Of a DNA stretch of 64,000 bases, positions 1 to 19,979 are shown piece by piece. A model generated the notes under the pieces. It saw nothing but the letters and a program-made list of their open reading frames with translations, was not told the origin of the DNA and did not search any database. Source of the DNA: Macrostomum lignano (taxonomy: Eukaryota); contig NIVC01001008.1 of the NCBI GenBank assembly GCA_002269645.1, positions 124,001 through 188,000 on the forward strand, in the 5' to 3' direction. The translations under genes and the position numbers were made by a program. Every line of letters starts with the position of its first letter. Position 1 is the stretch's first letter.

Positions 1-1197
1 GTGAAATCTTTTAACTCCGAATACGATGGCCAGCGCTTCTTTCTCTAGTTGAGAGTAGTTGATCTCAGGTTTTGTTAGAGTTCTCGAAGCAAATGCTACA
101 GGCCTTTCCTCGCCATTGGGCATCAAATGTGAGATGACACACCCGATTCCATATTTGGAGGCGTCCGTTTGCAATACAAGCTGCTTCTTAGGATCAAAAT
201 GAGCCAGAACACGCTCAGAAGTTAGAGTTGCCTTCACTTTCTCGAATGCTGCCGAACACGCCTCACTCCAATGAAACTCTGCGTCTTTGTGCAATAGTCT
301 GTTGAGAGGTACCAGTATTGATGATAGGTTTGGAATAAACTTTCCATAATAGCTGATCATTCCTATCAAGGAACGAACCTCTGACACGTTAGTTGGTGTT
401 GGAGCTTCATGAATTGCCTGAACTTTCTCTTTCGAGGGATGGATTCCCGATTCATCGATAACGTAGCCCAAGAATTCAATTCTATTTAGGCGGAATTCAC
501 ACTTTTTCCGATTCAAATGCACACCGTGAGCTAAAAGACGTTCTAATACAGCTTCCAGTCTTTTGTCGTGGTCTTCCAAACAACTGCCGGATACAAGAAT
601 GTCGTCTATATAGACAACCACTTCCAAGCCTTGTAAAATTTTCTCCATCGCTTCTTGAAATTGTGCAGGGGCCGATGCCAGACCCATTGTTAGTCGCTCG
701 TATTGGAACAAACCCAGATGTGTGTTAATTGTAGCACGAATCCTCCAGTTCCAGTTGTAAAAACGCTTGCGAAATATCCAATTTCGAGAAGACTCTTCCA
801 CCATTAAGAGTTGCGAAAATTTCTTCCGGTTTCGGCAGAGGGTACTTGTCAACTTCTTATTGGGGATTAACGGTTCTCTTAAAATCAGCGCAAATCCTTA
901 CGGATTTTCCATCGCGCTTCAAAACTGGGACAATCGGAGATGCAAAGTCTGATGCGCTCACTTTTTTATTATGCCTTGAGCTTGCAAATTCGCCAGCTCC
1001 TCTTCAATGAGGCTTTTGATCGCAAATGGCACCGGTCGACTCTTACAAAACTTTGGAATGAAGTTTTCTTTCAACAGTATTCTGGCCTTTAACCCTTTGA
1101 TAGTGCCAAGGCTTTCAGCAAACACTTGATCATACTTCTTCATTAACCGCTCGATAGGTGGAACCAACGTTGTTGTTTTCACATGGGCAAATTTGCT
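1..1197 (-). pseudogene. Disrupted RT-RNase H (pol) remnant
   Basis: Continues in frame after TAG at 1200-1198; 1-nt frameshift in the A-run near 960 (GIIKK|[13 protein letters not shown]), TAA at 859-857, small deletion with frameshift near 735; RT motifs GLASAPAQFQ, YIDD, FLGY recoverable. Confidence 0.88.
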
Positions 1198-2424
1198 CTA
1201 GTCAATTTTCAACGAAGAGAGCCAGTCCCGACCTAGAAGATTCACTCTGTCTCCCTTCACAACAAGCGCAGTTAGTTGATACTGTCTTTCCTGATAGTTA
1301 GTTACGATAACAGTAGCTTCGCCCAGAACTGGTATGAGATGATCTGTGTAACTTGACAGTCTAACATTAGATTTAGACCACCTTAAGCCAATTTTCTTGC
1401 CAGTATTTTCGTTAATAAGGGTCTTGTCTGCGCCAGTATCCAGTTGGAAATTTACAAAATGCCCATTTATATTTAACTCGCACATATACGGTGCTGATCC
1501 ACTAAAGCCAGCCATTCCTGTAGCAAACACAGTCCTGATCTCGGAATGCTTGTCTCGACCACTGCAGTCCGAACCCTCACTTTCTGACTCACTGTCGAAA
1601 TTCCGCGCGTAATGCACCTTACCGGACTTCCCACGTTTTGAAGAGTTGAATCGCTTCGACCTGCCACTTCCAGACTCTTTTGCCTTGTCCTTTGTACGGC
1701 ATGCATCTCTAAGATGTCCTACTCGGCCGCATTTGCTGCACGTTTTATTCCTATATGGACAGCTCCTTGCCCAATGATCCTTCGCGTTACAGCGGAAACA
1801 TCCATCTTGGGCGCGGCTCCTTTTCCCATGTTGAGCTGCAGTTGATTGCTTGTTAGTTTCCTTCGAGAAATTGACACTATGACCGACTCCTGTGGCGGAG
1901 GTGATAGTCACGACTCCTCGCTCTGCTGCTTCTATCGCAGTCGCTAGCGTTAATGCACCCGACAGGGTCAGTGTCTCTTCTTGTAGCAATCGCTGCTGGA
2001 TGAGCCTGTTCCTGAGGCCAACGACGAACCTGTCTCTCAGTGCCTCCTCCAGGAACTTGTCAAAACCACACGTGGCTGCCAACCTCCGCAGACTTGCAAC
2101 AAAGTCACTCACTGTTTCTCCTTCGTGTTGGACTCTGCTGTGGAAGTTGTACCGCTCGACGACAATCTTCGGCTTTGGGTTGAAGTGTTCCCTCAGCGTC
2201 TTCACTTGTTCGTCGTACGCCACATCCTTTGGCTTCTTAGGCGATAGCAGGTTGCGTAGCAATTGATAACAGTCATTGCCTATCACTGTGATCAAGCTCG
2301 CTCGCTTTTGTGCCTCCTCGGTCACTTTATTCACGACGAGAAATTGTTCTAGCCGCTCTTCGTAGGCTTCCCATTTATCCGGTTTAGCCACGTCAAACTC
2401 GCCGATTTTTGTACTCGTCGCCAT
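1198..2424 (-). CDS. Gag-protease ORF of the Gypsy element (408 aa)
   Basis: IGEFD...WEAYEERLEQF, ERYNFHSRVQ, LRDRFVVGL, CFRCNAKDHWARSC, CSKCGRVGHLRDAC, FQLDTGAD. Confidence 0.9.
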   Translation of the reverse strand: MATSTKIGEFDVAKPDKWEAYEERLEQFLVVNKVTEEAQKRASLITVIGNDCYQLLRNLLSPKKPKDVAYDEQVKTLREHFNPKPKIVVERYNFHSRVQHEGETVSDFVASLRRLAATCGFDKFLEEALRDRFVVGLRNRLIQQRLLQEETLTLSGALTLATAIEAAERGVVTITSATGVGHSVNFSKETNKQSTAAQHGKRSRAQDGCFRCNAKDHWARSCPYRNKTCSKCGRVGHLRDACRTKDKAKESGSGRSKRFNSSKRGKSGKVHYARNFDSESESEGSDCSGRDKHSEIRTVFATGMAGFSGSAPYMCELNINGHFVNFQLDTGADKTLINENTGKKIGLRWSKSNVRLSSYTDHLIPVLGEATVIVTNYQERQYQLTALVVKGDRVNLLGRDWLSSLKID

Positions 2425-2646
2425 TGTTATGTCTTCTGCTCCGACGTGGAGCTGCTACATTTAAGTAATAAGACAACGGTTCGCTTAGGGGTTCGAGCTA
2501 TCGTATTGCTCCGGTAGTTACGAACTCCTCTTGGGATTCATGTTGTAACTAGCTCGTACTTTATTATAAAATAATAGGTTGTGCCTTAGACAACAAAACA
2601 TTGGGCTTGGGGGCATACTCTGTGTCTTCTCTGTTAATATACAACA
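2425..2646 (-). repeat. 5' LTR (222 bp) of the Gypsy element
   Basis: Minus strand begins TGTTGTAT and ends ATAACA, contains TATAATAAA, and is directly followed by ATGGCGACGAG (PBS). The 3' LTR is outside the window, so it cannot be compared. Confidence 0.8.
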
Positions 2647-2700
2647 CTGACTGACTGACTGACTGACTGACTGACTGACTGACTGACTGACTGACTAACT
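2647..2700. repeat. (CTGA)n microsatellite abutting the LTR
   Basis: Direct reading; starts at the base after the LTR terminus. Confidence 0.95.
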
Positions 2701-2801
2701 AATTTAAACCTAATGTGACTTTTTTTGTGGCGGCTAAGTGGCCATCTATGCAATTTAGGATCTGCTAAAATATGCCGGCCCCACACTGAGCTTCAACTCA
2801 C

Positions 2802-11535
<8,734 letters not shown>

Positions 11536-11705
11536 CTCGGGGAGGGGGCATTGGAAGAATAAAAAGAATAGTCTATTAGGTAGTACTCAACTATCCAGTT
11601 CTGAGTATACGGTGTGCACGTCATTCTTAGTGGCAAGGAATCTGTACACCCGAGCCCTGACACCCACTTAGGCAACCCAACCAAGACAACTTAATCAGAC
11701 ATCCT

Positions 11706-12222
11706 TGATAGCCAATTAGGCATCACTGACATCCAATCAAGTATCTCTGACGCCTAATTAGGCATCACTGACATCCAATCAAGTATCTCTGACACCCAAT
11801 TAGGCATCACTGACATCCAATCAAGTATCTCTGACGCCCAATTAGACATCACTGACATCCAATCACGTATCTCTGACACCCAATTACGCATCACTGACAT
11901 CCAATCAAGTATCTCTGACGCCTAATTAGGCATCACTGACATCCAATCAAGTATCTCTGACACCCAATTAGGCATCACTGACATCCAATCAAGTATCTCT
12001 GACGCCTAATTAGGCATCACTGACATCCAATCAAGTATCTCTGACACCCAATTAGGCATCACTGACATCCAATCAAGTATCTCTGACACCCAATTAGGCA
12101 TCACTGACATCCAATCAAGTATCTCTGACACCCAATTAGGCATCACTGACATCCAATCAAGTATCTCTGACAGCCAATTAGGCATCACTGACAACCAATC
12201 AAGTATCTCTGACGCCTAATTA
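11706..12222. repeat. 42-bp minisatellite (about 12 copies)
   Basis: Unit AATTAGGCATCACTGACATCCAATCAAGTATCTCTGACACCC. Confidence 0.95.
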
Positions 12223-12776
12223 GGTGGTAAAACATAATTAGACACTCCTAACATTCAATTATTCCAAAATGACACCCAACTAGGCGACCCTAGCACCAAA
12301 AATGAAATCTTTAACACTCTTAAGTCTTAATTGGTACCTAGGTTATCTTTCCCATTGCATTAGGGATCTGTCCTTAGGCAGGTCAGTGGCACAACTATAA
12401 GTTTAGGGGTATCAACCCAAATAAACACAAATTAAAGCAAAATAATCAATAAACCAGCTCATTATACCTGATATCAAGCTCACACTCAGGCTCCAAGTCA
12501 GGTGGAAGTGGAAATTTTCTTGGGTCAGCTAGCTCACGCCATGATTGCTCATCATTAACAAACTGAGCTACCTCAAAAGCAGAGATCATGACTGCAGATT
12601 ATTGTTACTGCAGGTATAACATGAATTTTAAAGATTTTCAAAAAAAAGCTTAACTGTACTTGAAAAATCTCTTTAGAACTTTAATCTTATAAATATTAGC
12701 AAATATTATCACTAATTATACTACTTGGCCATAAGTATAGAATAAGGTCTCTATTTTACTATAAACAATAGTAGAT

Positions 12777-15383
12777 GGCTACCGGACATTTGCCCTCCGG
12801 CATTTGCCCTCCGGACATTTGCCCTCCGGCATTTCCCCTCCGGACATTTGCCCTCGAGGACATTTGCCCTCGGGGACATTTGCCCTCCGGACATTTGCCC
12901 TCCGGACATTTGCCCTCGGGGACATTTGCCCTCGGGGACATTTGCCCTCCGGACATTTGCCCTCCGGACGTTTGCCCTCAAGACATTTCCCCTCTGGAAA
13001 TGAAATTTCTCCACAATCATGAAACAAAAAAATTTCCCTTCAGTGTGTGTCCAAACAAGTAAGTACATGTACACAAATGTACAAGAATTACGAGAGAAAA
13101 GTCTAAAGTCTTAAGCTTTTGAGACACTTTTAAGTTTTTCTTAACGGTATTATTGTTTTATTTATTAATATAACGGTTTTCATCAACTTTTTAACAGCAA
13201 AGTTTTAAAACAAAGTTTTGAGTTTTTAGGAAACGGTTAAGTTTTTTTGAACAGTATTATTGTTTTTGTTATCAAGCGCGTCTAGTAAGTATTATCTTGA
13301 TAATTATTGCGCAGGTTCAGCGAGTGAGTGAGGTGGGAGAAAGTGATAACAGGTCAGCGGGTCAGCAAAAATAAAAGTAAATCACGATTGAAAAAAAATG
13401 CAAGTTATGTGCAATATGCGTGAGCGAAGCCTCTTAGGTAGCACAGCAGTGGATGGTCCGCATGCTCGACAGGCACCTCCAGCCAGGCGTGCTGGTACGT
13501 CGCCGCCAATCGCTGCAGCCGCTGGTCGCGCGCCTTCCATACCTGGCGCTGGGGCGTCGGTGCAGCACCGGCTAGCAGGCCATTAATTGAGGTGTTGGTC
13601 AGGCCCAGCTGCTTTTTTATCCAATCGGTGTGGCGCCAGATGGTTGGATTGGATGCGGCTAGCGAGGACGACATGCCCTGGTGGAAGCCTTCGACCTTGT
13701 TATTGGTGCGGGGACGAACGGCCATAACGCGCTCATACTCGTACATATTCCACTTCTCGTGGCCAAAGCGTGGCGGGCGACGCTGCTGATTACGACGGCG
13801 AGGCCGGGCTCCGATGTAAGTCGACTCGAAGTAGGTATCAATTAAATCGCTAAGCCAGTCGTGATTGTCGGCTAGCCATTGTGCCAGCAGCTCAAATGCA
13901 GCAATGATGTCGGGCAGGGGCACATAAGCCAGTGCTGTGAGCATCTTAGCCAGCACCCTGTTGTCTTGGCTGGCCTGGTACTGCTGTAGCGCCCGCTGGT
14001 CTTGCTGAATGTGCCGGAAAACGGCCTGGCTGAAGTGAAAATAGCACCCACTAGTCTCTACATTGGGGTACACCTCATGAGCTGCATTCATCGCTGCCAT
14101 TTCAAAGTCTGTGAGTAGCCTTTGTGGACCCTCTGACTGCGCCAGCTGGCCCACCTTGCGGTACAACCGCTCCATCGTGACTTGCGTCTTGTCGGGCAGC
14201 AGCGCCAGCACCAGCGGCTCAAGCGACCCGTTTACGTCGCCGTGCAGGCTGTAAAGCTGGGCGAAGAGCGCCGGCGCCGCGTCAAAGGTTCCATCACCCT
14301 GCCACTCCTCACTTCGGCCCAGCAGACGGATGGAGCGATCAGTCGCAAAAATCAAGATGCGCTCATTGCCTGGCTCTTCTAGAATGCTGTCCCACTTGAG
14401 CACATCTTCTGCCCGGCCATTCAGCTCCATCACCGTGAAGCGCTCTGGGAAGACGATCTCGCCTCGGCTGGCTGGCTGTACCAGATGCTCGCCTTCGCGC
14501 TGGCGACGGATAGTCCGCTTGGCATTTTCAACAGAGAAAAGTGCCTCTGCAGCTTCGGACATGCCACCCGCTGCCTCCTGCAGCACTTGCACAGTCGTCT
14601 CCACTGTCTCACCGGCACGTGTCCTAATTCGGTCGTAAACTTGCAGGCGCTCGATCTTACCATCGTCGCCTTCATGCGTGTGTTCACCTAGGCGCCGGCG
14701 AATGACAGCTGGCTGCGTCGTGTCCGGGAAAGAGAGCGTATACACAGCGGCCCGGCAGCGGCCGCCTCTGTACAACTCGCAGACCCAGCGCCACTCGCCT
14801 TCGCCTGTAACTCGCTTGTCGGTGTAAAACCTGCGGCCATTTTCAACCAAAACATCTTTGCCTTTAGAGCTCTTAATGTAAAAAGCCATGATTTCTTTCG
14901 GAGGAATCTTGTATTCTTTAAGAGCCAAGATCAATCACTTATATAGTAAAATGGTCAGACTTTCGGCCATAGACTGTTGACAGTACAGGTAAGGCTGGGG
15001 ATAGGGTAGGGCGCGGGTATATATTGCTTACTAGAAAAGGATGAGTTGTTGGCTGGAGAAGAACCTGATGGATGCAAGAGGCGGGAGGATGAGGTTGGTG
15101 CTGGAGGAACGACGGGTGGGTACAGGAGGAGGTGAGGTGAGTAATGTGCAAGGGGGTAAATTTGCAGAGGGCAAATGTGCGGAGGGGAAATGTCCGGAGG
15201 GCAAATGTCCGGAGGGCAAATGTCCCCGAGGGCAAATGTCCCCGAGGGGAAATGTCCGGAGGGCAAATGTCTAGAGGGGAAATGTCCCGGAGGGCAAATG
15301 TCTAGAGGGCAAACGCCGCCGAGGGGAAGTGCCGGAGGGCAAGTGCCGGAGGGGAAGTGCTGGAGGGCAAATGTCCGGAAGCG
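12777..15383 (-). mobile_element. Mutator-like (MULE) DNA transposon with compound TIRs and 9-bp TSD
   Basis: TSD ATAGTAGAT at 12768-12776 and 15384-15392; termini GGCTACCGGACATTTGCCCTCC and reverse complement CGCTTCCGGACATTTGCCCTCC; inverted arrays of 15-16-bp GGACATTTGCCCTCC at about 12782-12990 and 15165-15378; internal transposase. Confidence 0.93.
13405..14889 (-). CDS. FLYWCH-MULE transposase (about 494 aa from the ATG at 14889)
   Basis: N-terminal W-x-C...C...HTH finger; WQGDGTF, LTDFE, GCYFHFSQAVFR, RTNNKVEGFH give the DDE triad and CxxH; uninterrupted ORF. Confidence 0.92.
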   Translation of the reverse strand: MAFYIKSSKGKDVLVENGRRFYTDKRVTGEGEWRWVCELYRGGRCRAAVYTLSFPDTTQPAVIRRRLGEHTHEGDDGKIERLQVYDRIRTRAGETVETTVQVLQEAAGGMSEAAEALFSVENAKRTIRRQREGEHLVQPASRGEIVFPERFTVMELNGRAEDVLKWDSILEEPGNERILIFATDRSIRLLGRSEEWQGDGTFDAAPALFAQLYSLHGDVNGSLEPLVLALLPDKTQVTMERLYRKVGQLAQSEGPQRLLTDFEMAAMNAAHEVYPNVETSGCYFHFSQAVFRHIQQDQRALQQYQASQDNRVLAKMLTALAYVPLPDIIAAFELLAQWLADNHDWLSDLIDTYFESTYIGARPRRRNQQRRPPRFGHEKWNMYEYERVMAVRPRTNNKVEGFHQGMSSSLAASNPTIWRHTDWIKKQLGLTNTSINGLLAGAAPTPQRQVWKARDQRLQRLAATYQHAWLEVPVEHADHPLLCYLRGFAHAYCT

Positions 15384-18334
15384 ATAGTAGATATTATTTT
15401 GATTTTTATTGTGTTACTAAGTAAAAATGCAAGGATTATAAAGTTTTTAATACCATTTTCAAGATACTTCAATTTTTTTTAAGTTTGTGGATTTAGTTTA
15501 TATGCAATTTAAATCAATTCAAAATTCGGTAAAAAAGAAAGACACTGATATTAGTTATCAAAAAATACTAATTATTAACTAAGCTAGGCCAAAGGAAACC
15601 AAGGCTCTAGCCAAAGTACTCTTATTCAAGATTGTTAGATTGTCATATGTGGGTTACAAAAAAAACAACTAAATTATCTAAATCATCATTGTCTCAGCAT
15701 TAGACAATGCTACATTCACTAAACTGTCACATTATAGGCCTAGGCCTATTCATTATCTGCGCAAGGATCTTAGCTTTCCTAGTAGCAACATGTTTTTATT
15801 TGCTAGCAAAATGATTTTCAACTTTAAATTACATTTATACCATTCACTTAAAAGATGCAAAGCCTTAGCCTAATTCATATATTAAAGTTAATAATCAAAC
15901 TGAATATTCAAGGCTTATTGAATAGCAGATGTATTTTTAAACTTTAGAGTCAAGAATGCTATTCCTTGGCCTTCCCCTTAGGCTTAGCTATTAAAAATAT
16001 TTTAATTTATTCTAGGGTTGTATATATTTTTTAATTTCGTTTAATTTCTAAAAAATTGACCAATTTGTCATATTCAAACGTTAAAGTCTTATGGATTGGC
16101 CAAGTTGTCATCATATGACAATTTAGAATATGATGATTTCAACCATACCTAAAACCAAAACTTAGTAGTGACTATGATATCCATATATTGAAACTTTCTA
16201 AATACAAGGTTTATTGAAAGCAAGCTAAAATTATAAATTATTGACAAAATATTTTTGCTTCAAAAATTACAAGAAAAACTTTCCAAAACATATCAACTTA
16301 GCAAATGATTAAAATTGTAAAAAAAAGTTTACTTTTGGAAAATAGACTATATAAATTATAGTATTGAGTATGATAAACTTATGCCAATCTTTATTCAATC
16401 TAATAATGTTAGTCTAATACAACAAACATGGAAAATACAATTCTTTACCTAGGCTATACTGTACACTTTTAGTGTTCTTAACCCACTGAACATTTGTAAG
16501 ATTTTGCTATAAATTGTCTCATTTCTTTGAAAGCACGAAATTTGTGATGAATACTAATAAACTGTAAAAACCGCTTCTTTTGTTACACTTCAGCTATTTC
16601 TTAGCTAATATAAAACACCAGCTTAAAAACTGACATACGTTCGATAATTAAAAGCTATACATTGTTTGTTTTTGTTGTAATTCTTAAAGTTCATTCTGTT
16701 GTCGCAGTTACGACCTGTTTTAACTTTATCGTGTATGCAAAGTTTTCCGTGATTCGACCCAGGTTATACGAATCAGGATGCATGAGCTGTCAGCTGAGTC
16801 GAAGAATGATTGTACTTTAGTAAATAAGATTAAATATTTAGTATATATTTTAGTGCCCTAAGCTTTACCTCACAGTTCACGTTACACGTTTTATATTCTT
16901 GTTTTTTTCAACTAAACTAAGCTCTACTTAATTAATCGTTAGCGGTTGGCACTAAGCAACGACACTTGCTTTCTTGTACATTGTTTATTACTTTTGGATG
17001 TTTTAATTTAGTCTCTTCTACTTCAAGATATTTTGTAATTTCCGGAAAACTTTCAATTTTTGTCTTAATAGATAGATTATTATCAGTGAATTATTATTCC
17101 TACTACGAGCTAAATATAACATTATAGTATCGATTTTCTTTATAAGATTAAAAAGTAGATATTTGAAAAGATTGCCTTTCAAAAAAGTTTGTATAATCTC
17201 ATGAGAACTATGAAATACTTTTGACCTTTATTAGAAGTTAAAGAGTTTTTGATTCTAGTCTCTAGACAACCTTGATTTTTTTGTCTAAAATTATGATTGG
17301 TAAGAATAGATTTTACTAAATTAAATTTATTTGACTTATCATTCAATGCACCTCTTTTAAACTTACTATTTGTTTTTTTACATGCAGCATATGCTCATTT
17401 TGAATTGTAAGGAAAGACATAAAATACTAGAAAAAACTAAATTGAGTCTTTTAAAGGTAAATTTATGCATTTGTTGCAGTGCTAATCTGTTTTAATTTTT
17501 CACTTATTCATTCTGCAGAAATTAGCTTCTCACAGAATATTCAACGTTCTAGAACAAAAATTTAATATATTTAAGCAATAAGCATTCAAGGCAGGTTGTA
17601 TTTTGAAGATATTTTGTTTCAAATCCACTTTGATTGCATAGATAATAATTAGAATAAGCAAACCTAACTAGCAAGTTTTATCAAATCTTTATGCATTTTG
17701 TATACACAATATATTGAAAGCCTTTAACATCAAACAAAGAAAAATCTAGTAGCTATATACCAAAAGGTGTTGTTTATCACAGCCAACGACACAAAAAGGT
17801 ATCAAGATGTGTTTGTTCTAACCAATCTTGTCTCCATATTTTTCCTTACCTTTCCTTGTATCAAGATGCTGTAGCTAACTGATCAGAGAGAAGTGAAACA
17901 GGGAAGGATAGGGAGGAGGGCTTGCTGAGAGGCTTCGCAGAATCACTGCAGATGTCTCAGTGTCCAGAGAGGGCGCCGCGCCCATTGCCGCGCGTGCAGC
18001 TGGCAACTGCCTAAAAGTACAAAACTCTGCCCGCTGTTCAGATTTCTTATCTAAGCCGGCTTTCGAGGCTGCAACCCGTTGATTTCGCCATCCACCTGCT
18101 CCCCTCTCTCCTTGCCGAATAATTATGTGCGCTAAGCTGCGGCCTTGCCGACTGCTGCTCACAGGTGATATGGGAAGAGACAAGACTTCTCGACAGAGGG
18201 CAAGTGCTAAGGATAATTGCGCACTGAGTTGCGAATATAGACGCGTCATGCATGTAGCTGCAGGACCTTGTGTCGCCGTTTTCCCCATTGTCCCTGCGTC
18301 TATTCTGTTTCTCATTCCCCGTTTTCCTGTCCCT

Positions 18335-19952
18335 TGTCATTCTCCCAATACCCTCCCTCTCCATTCTCCCTACTATCCCGATTCCATCCCCATTCTCCCG
18401 ATTCCCTCCCCATTCTCCCGATTCCCTCCCCATTCTCCCGATTCCCTCCCCATTCTCCCGATTCCTTCTCTCCCCATTCTCCCGATTCCTTCCCCATTCT
18501 CCCGATTCCCTCCCCATTCTCCCGATTCCTTCTCTCCCCATTCTCCCGATTCCTTCCCCATTCTCCCGATTCCCTCCCCATTCTCCCGATTCCCTCCCCA
18601 TTCTCCCGATTCCTTCTCTCCCCATTCTCCCGATTTCTTCTCTCCCCATTCTTCCGATTCCTTCCCCATTCTCCCGATTCCCTCCCCATTCTCCCGATTC
18701 CCTCCCCATTCTCCCGATTCCTTCTCTCCCCATTCTCCCGATTCCTTCCCCATTCTCCCGATTCCCTCCCCATTCTCCCGATTCCTTCTCTCCCCATTCT
18801 CCCGATTCCTTCCCCATTCTCCCGATTCCCTCCCCATTCTCCCGATTCCCTCCCCATTCTCCCGATTCCTTCCCCATTCTCCCGATTCCTTCTCTCCCCA
18901 TTCTCCCGATTTCCTCCCCATTCTCCCGATTCCTTCCCCATTCTCCCGATTCCCTCCCCATTCTCCCGATTCCTTCCCCATTCTCCCGATTCCCTCCCTA
19001 TTCTCCCGATTCACTCCCCATTCTCCCGATTCCTTCTCTCTCCATTCTCCCGATTCCTTCCCCATTCTCCCGACTTCCCTCCCCAATCTCTCGATTCCCT
19101 CCCCATTCTCCCGATTCACTCCCCATTCTCCCGATTCCTTCCCCATTCTTCCGATTCCTTCCCCATTCTCCCGATTCCCTCCCCACTGTCCCGATTCCCT
19201 TTCTCCCCGTTCTCCCGATTCCATCCCCATTCTCCCGATTCCCTCCCCATTCTCCCGATTCCCTCCCCATTCTCCCGATTCCCTCCCCATTCTCCCGATT
19301 CCTTCTCTCCCCATTCTCCCGATTCCTTCCCCATTCTCCCGATTCCCTCCCCATTCTCCCGATTCCCTCCCCATTCTCCCGATTCCTTCCCCATTCTCCC
19401 GATTCCCTCTCTCTCCATTCTCCCGATTCCTTCTCTCTCCATTCTCCCGATTCCTTCCCCATTCTCCCGATTCCCTCCCCATTCTCCCGATTCCTTCCCC
19501 ATTCTCCCGATTCCCTCCCCATTCTCCCGATTCCTTCCCCATTCTCCCGATTCCCTCCCCATTCTCCCGATTCCCTCCCCATTCTCCCGATTCCCTCCCC
19601 ATTCTCCCGATTCCCTCCCCATTCTCCCGATTCCTTCCCCATTCTCCCGATTCCCTCCCCATTCTCCCGATTCCCTCCCCATTCCCCCGATTCCCTCCCC
19701 ATTCTCCCGATTCCCTTTCTCCCCGTTCTCTCGATTCCCTCCCCATTCTCCCGATTCCCTCCCCATTCTCCCGATTCCCTCCCCATTCTCCCGATTCCCT
19801 CCCCATTCTCCCGATTCCCTTTCTCCCCGTTCTCCCGATTCCCTCCCCATTCTCCCGATTCCTTCTCTCCCCATTCTCCCGATTCCCTCCCCATTCTCCC
19901 GATTCCTTCTCCATTCTCCCGATTCCCTTTCTCCCCATTCTCCCGATTCCCT
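18335..19952. repeat. Pyrimidine-rich, roughly 20-bp minisatellite upstream of MBLAC2
   Basis: Unit CCCCATTCTCCCGATTCCCT with CTTCTCT insertion variants; source of the false long ORFs at 18047-20513. Confidence 0.95.
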
Positions 19953-19979
19953 CTGGACAGATATGCCTGAACACTTCAG

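Larger units (their letters stand above)
1..2646 (-). mobile_element. Ty3/Gypsy LTR retrotransposon (Mag-like), 5' LTR + gag-protease-RT-RNase H, truncated by the window edge, degenerate
   Basis: Minus-strand domain order Gag (two CX2CX4HX4C knuckles), protease (LDTGAD, LLGRDWL), RT (YIDD at 612-601), RNase H (QTDASKYGIG near 170-140); LTR TGTT...AACA and PBS TGGCGACGAG at the 5' end. Confidence 0.93.
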
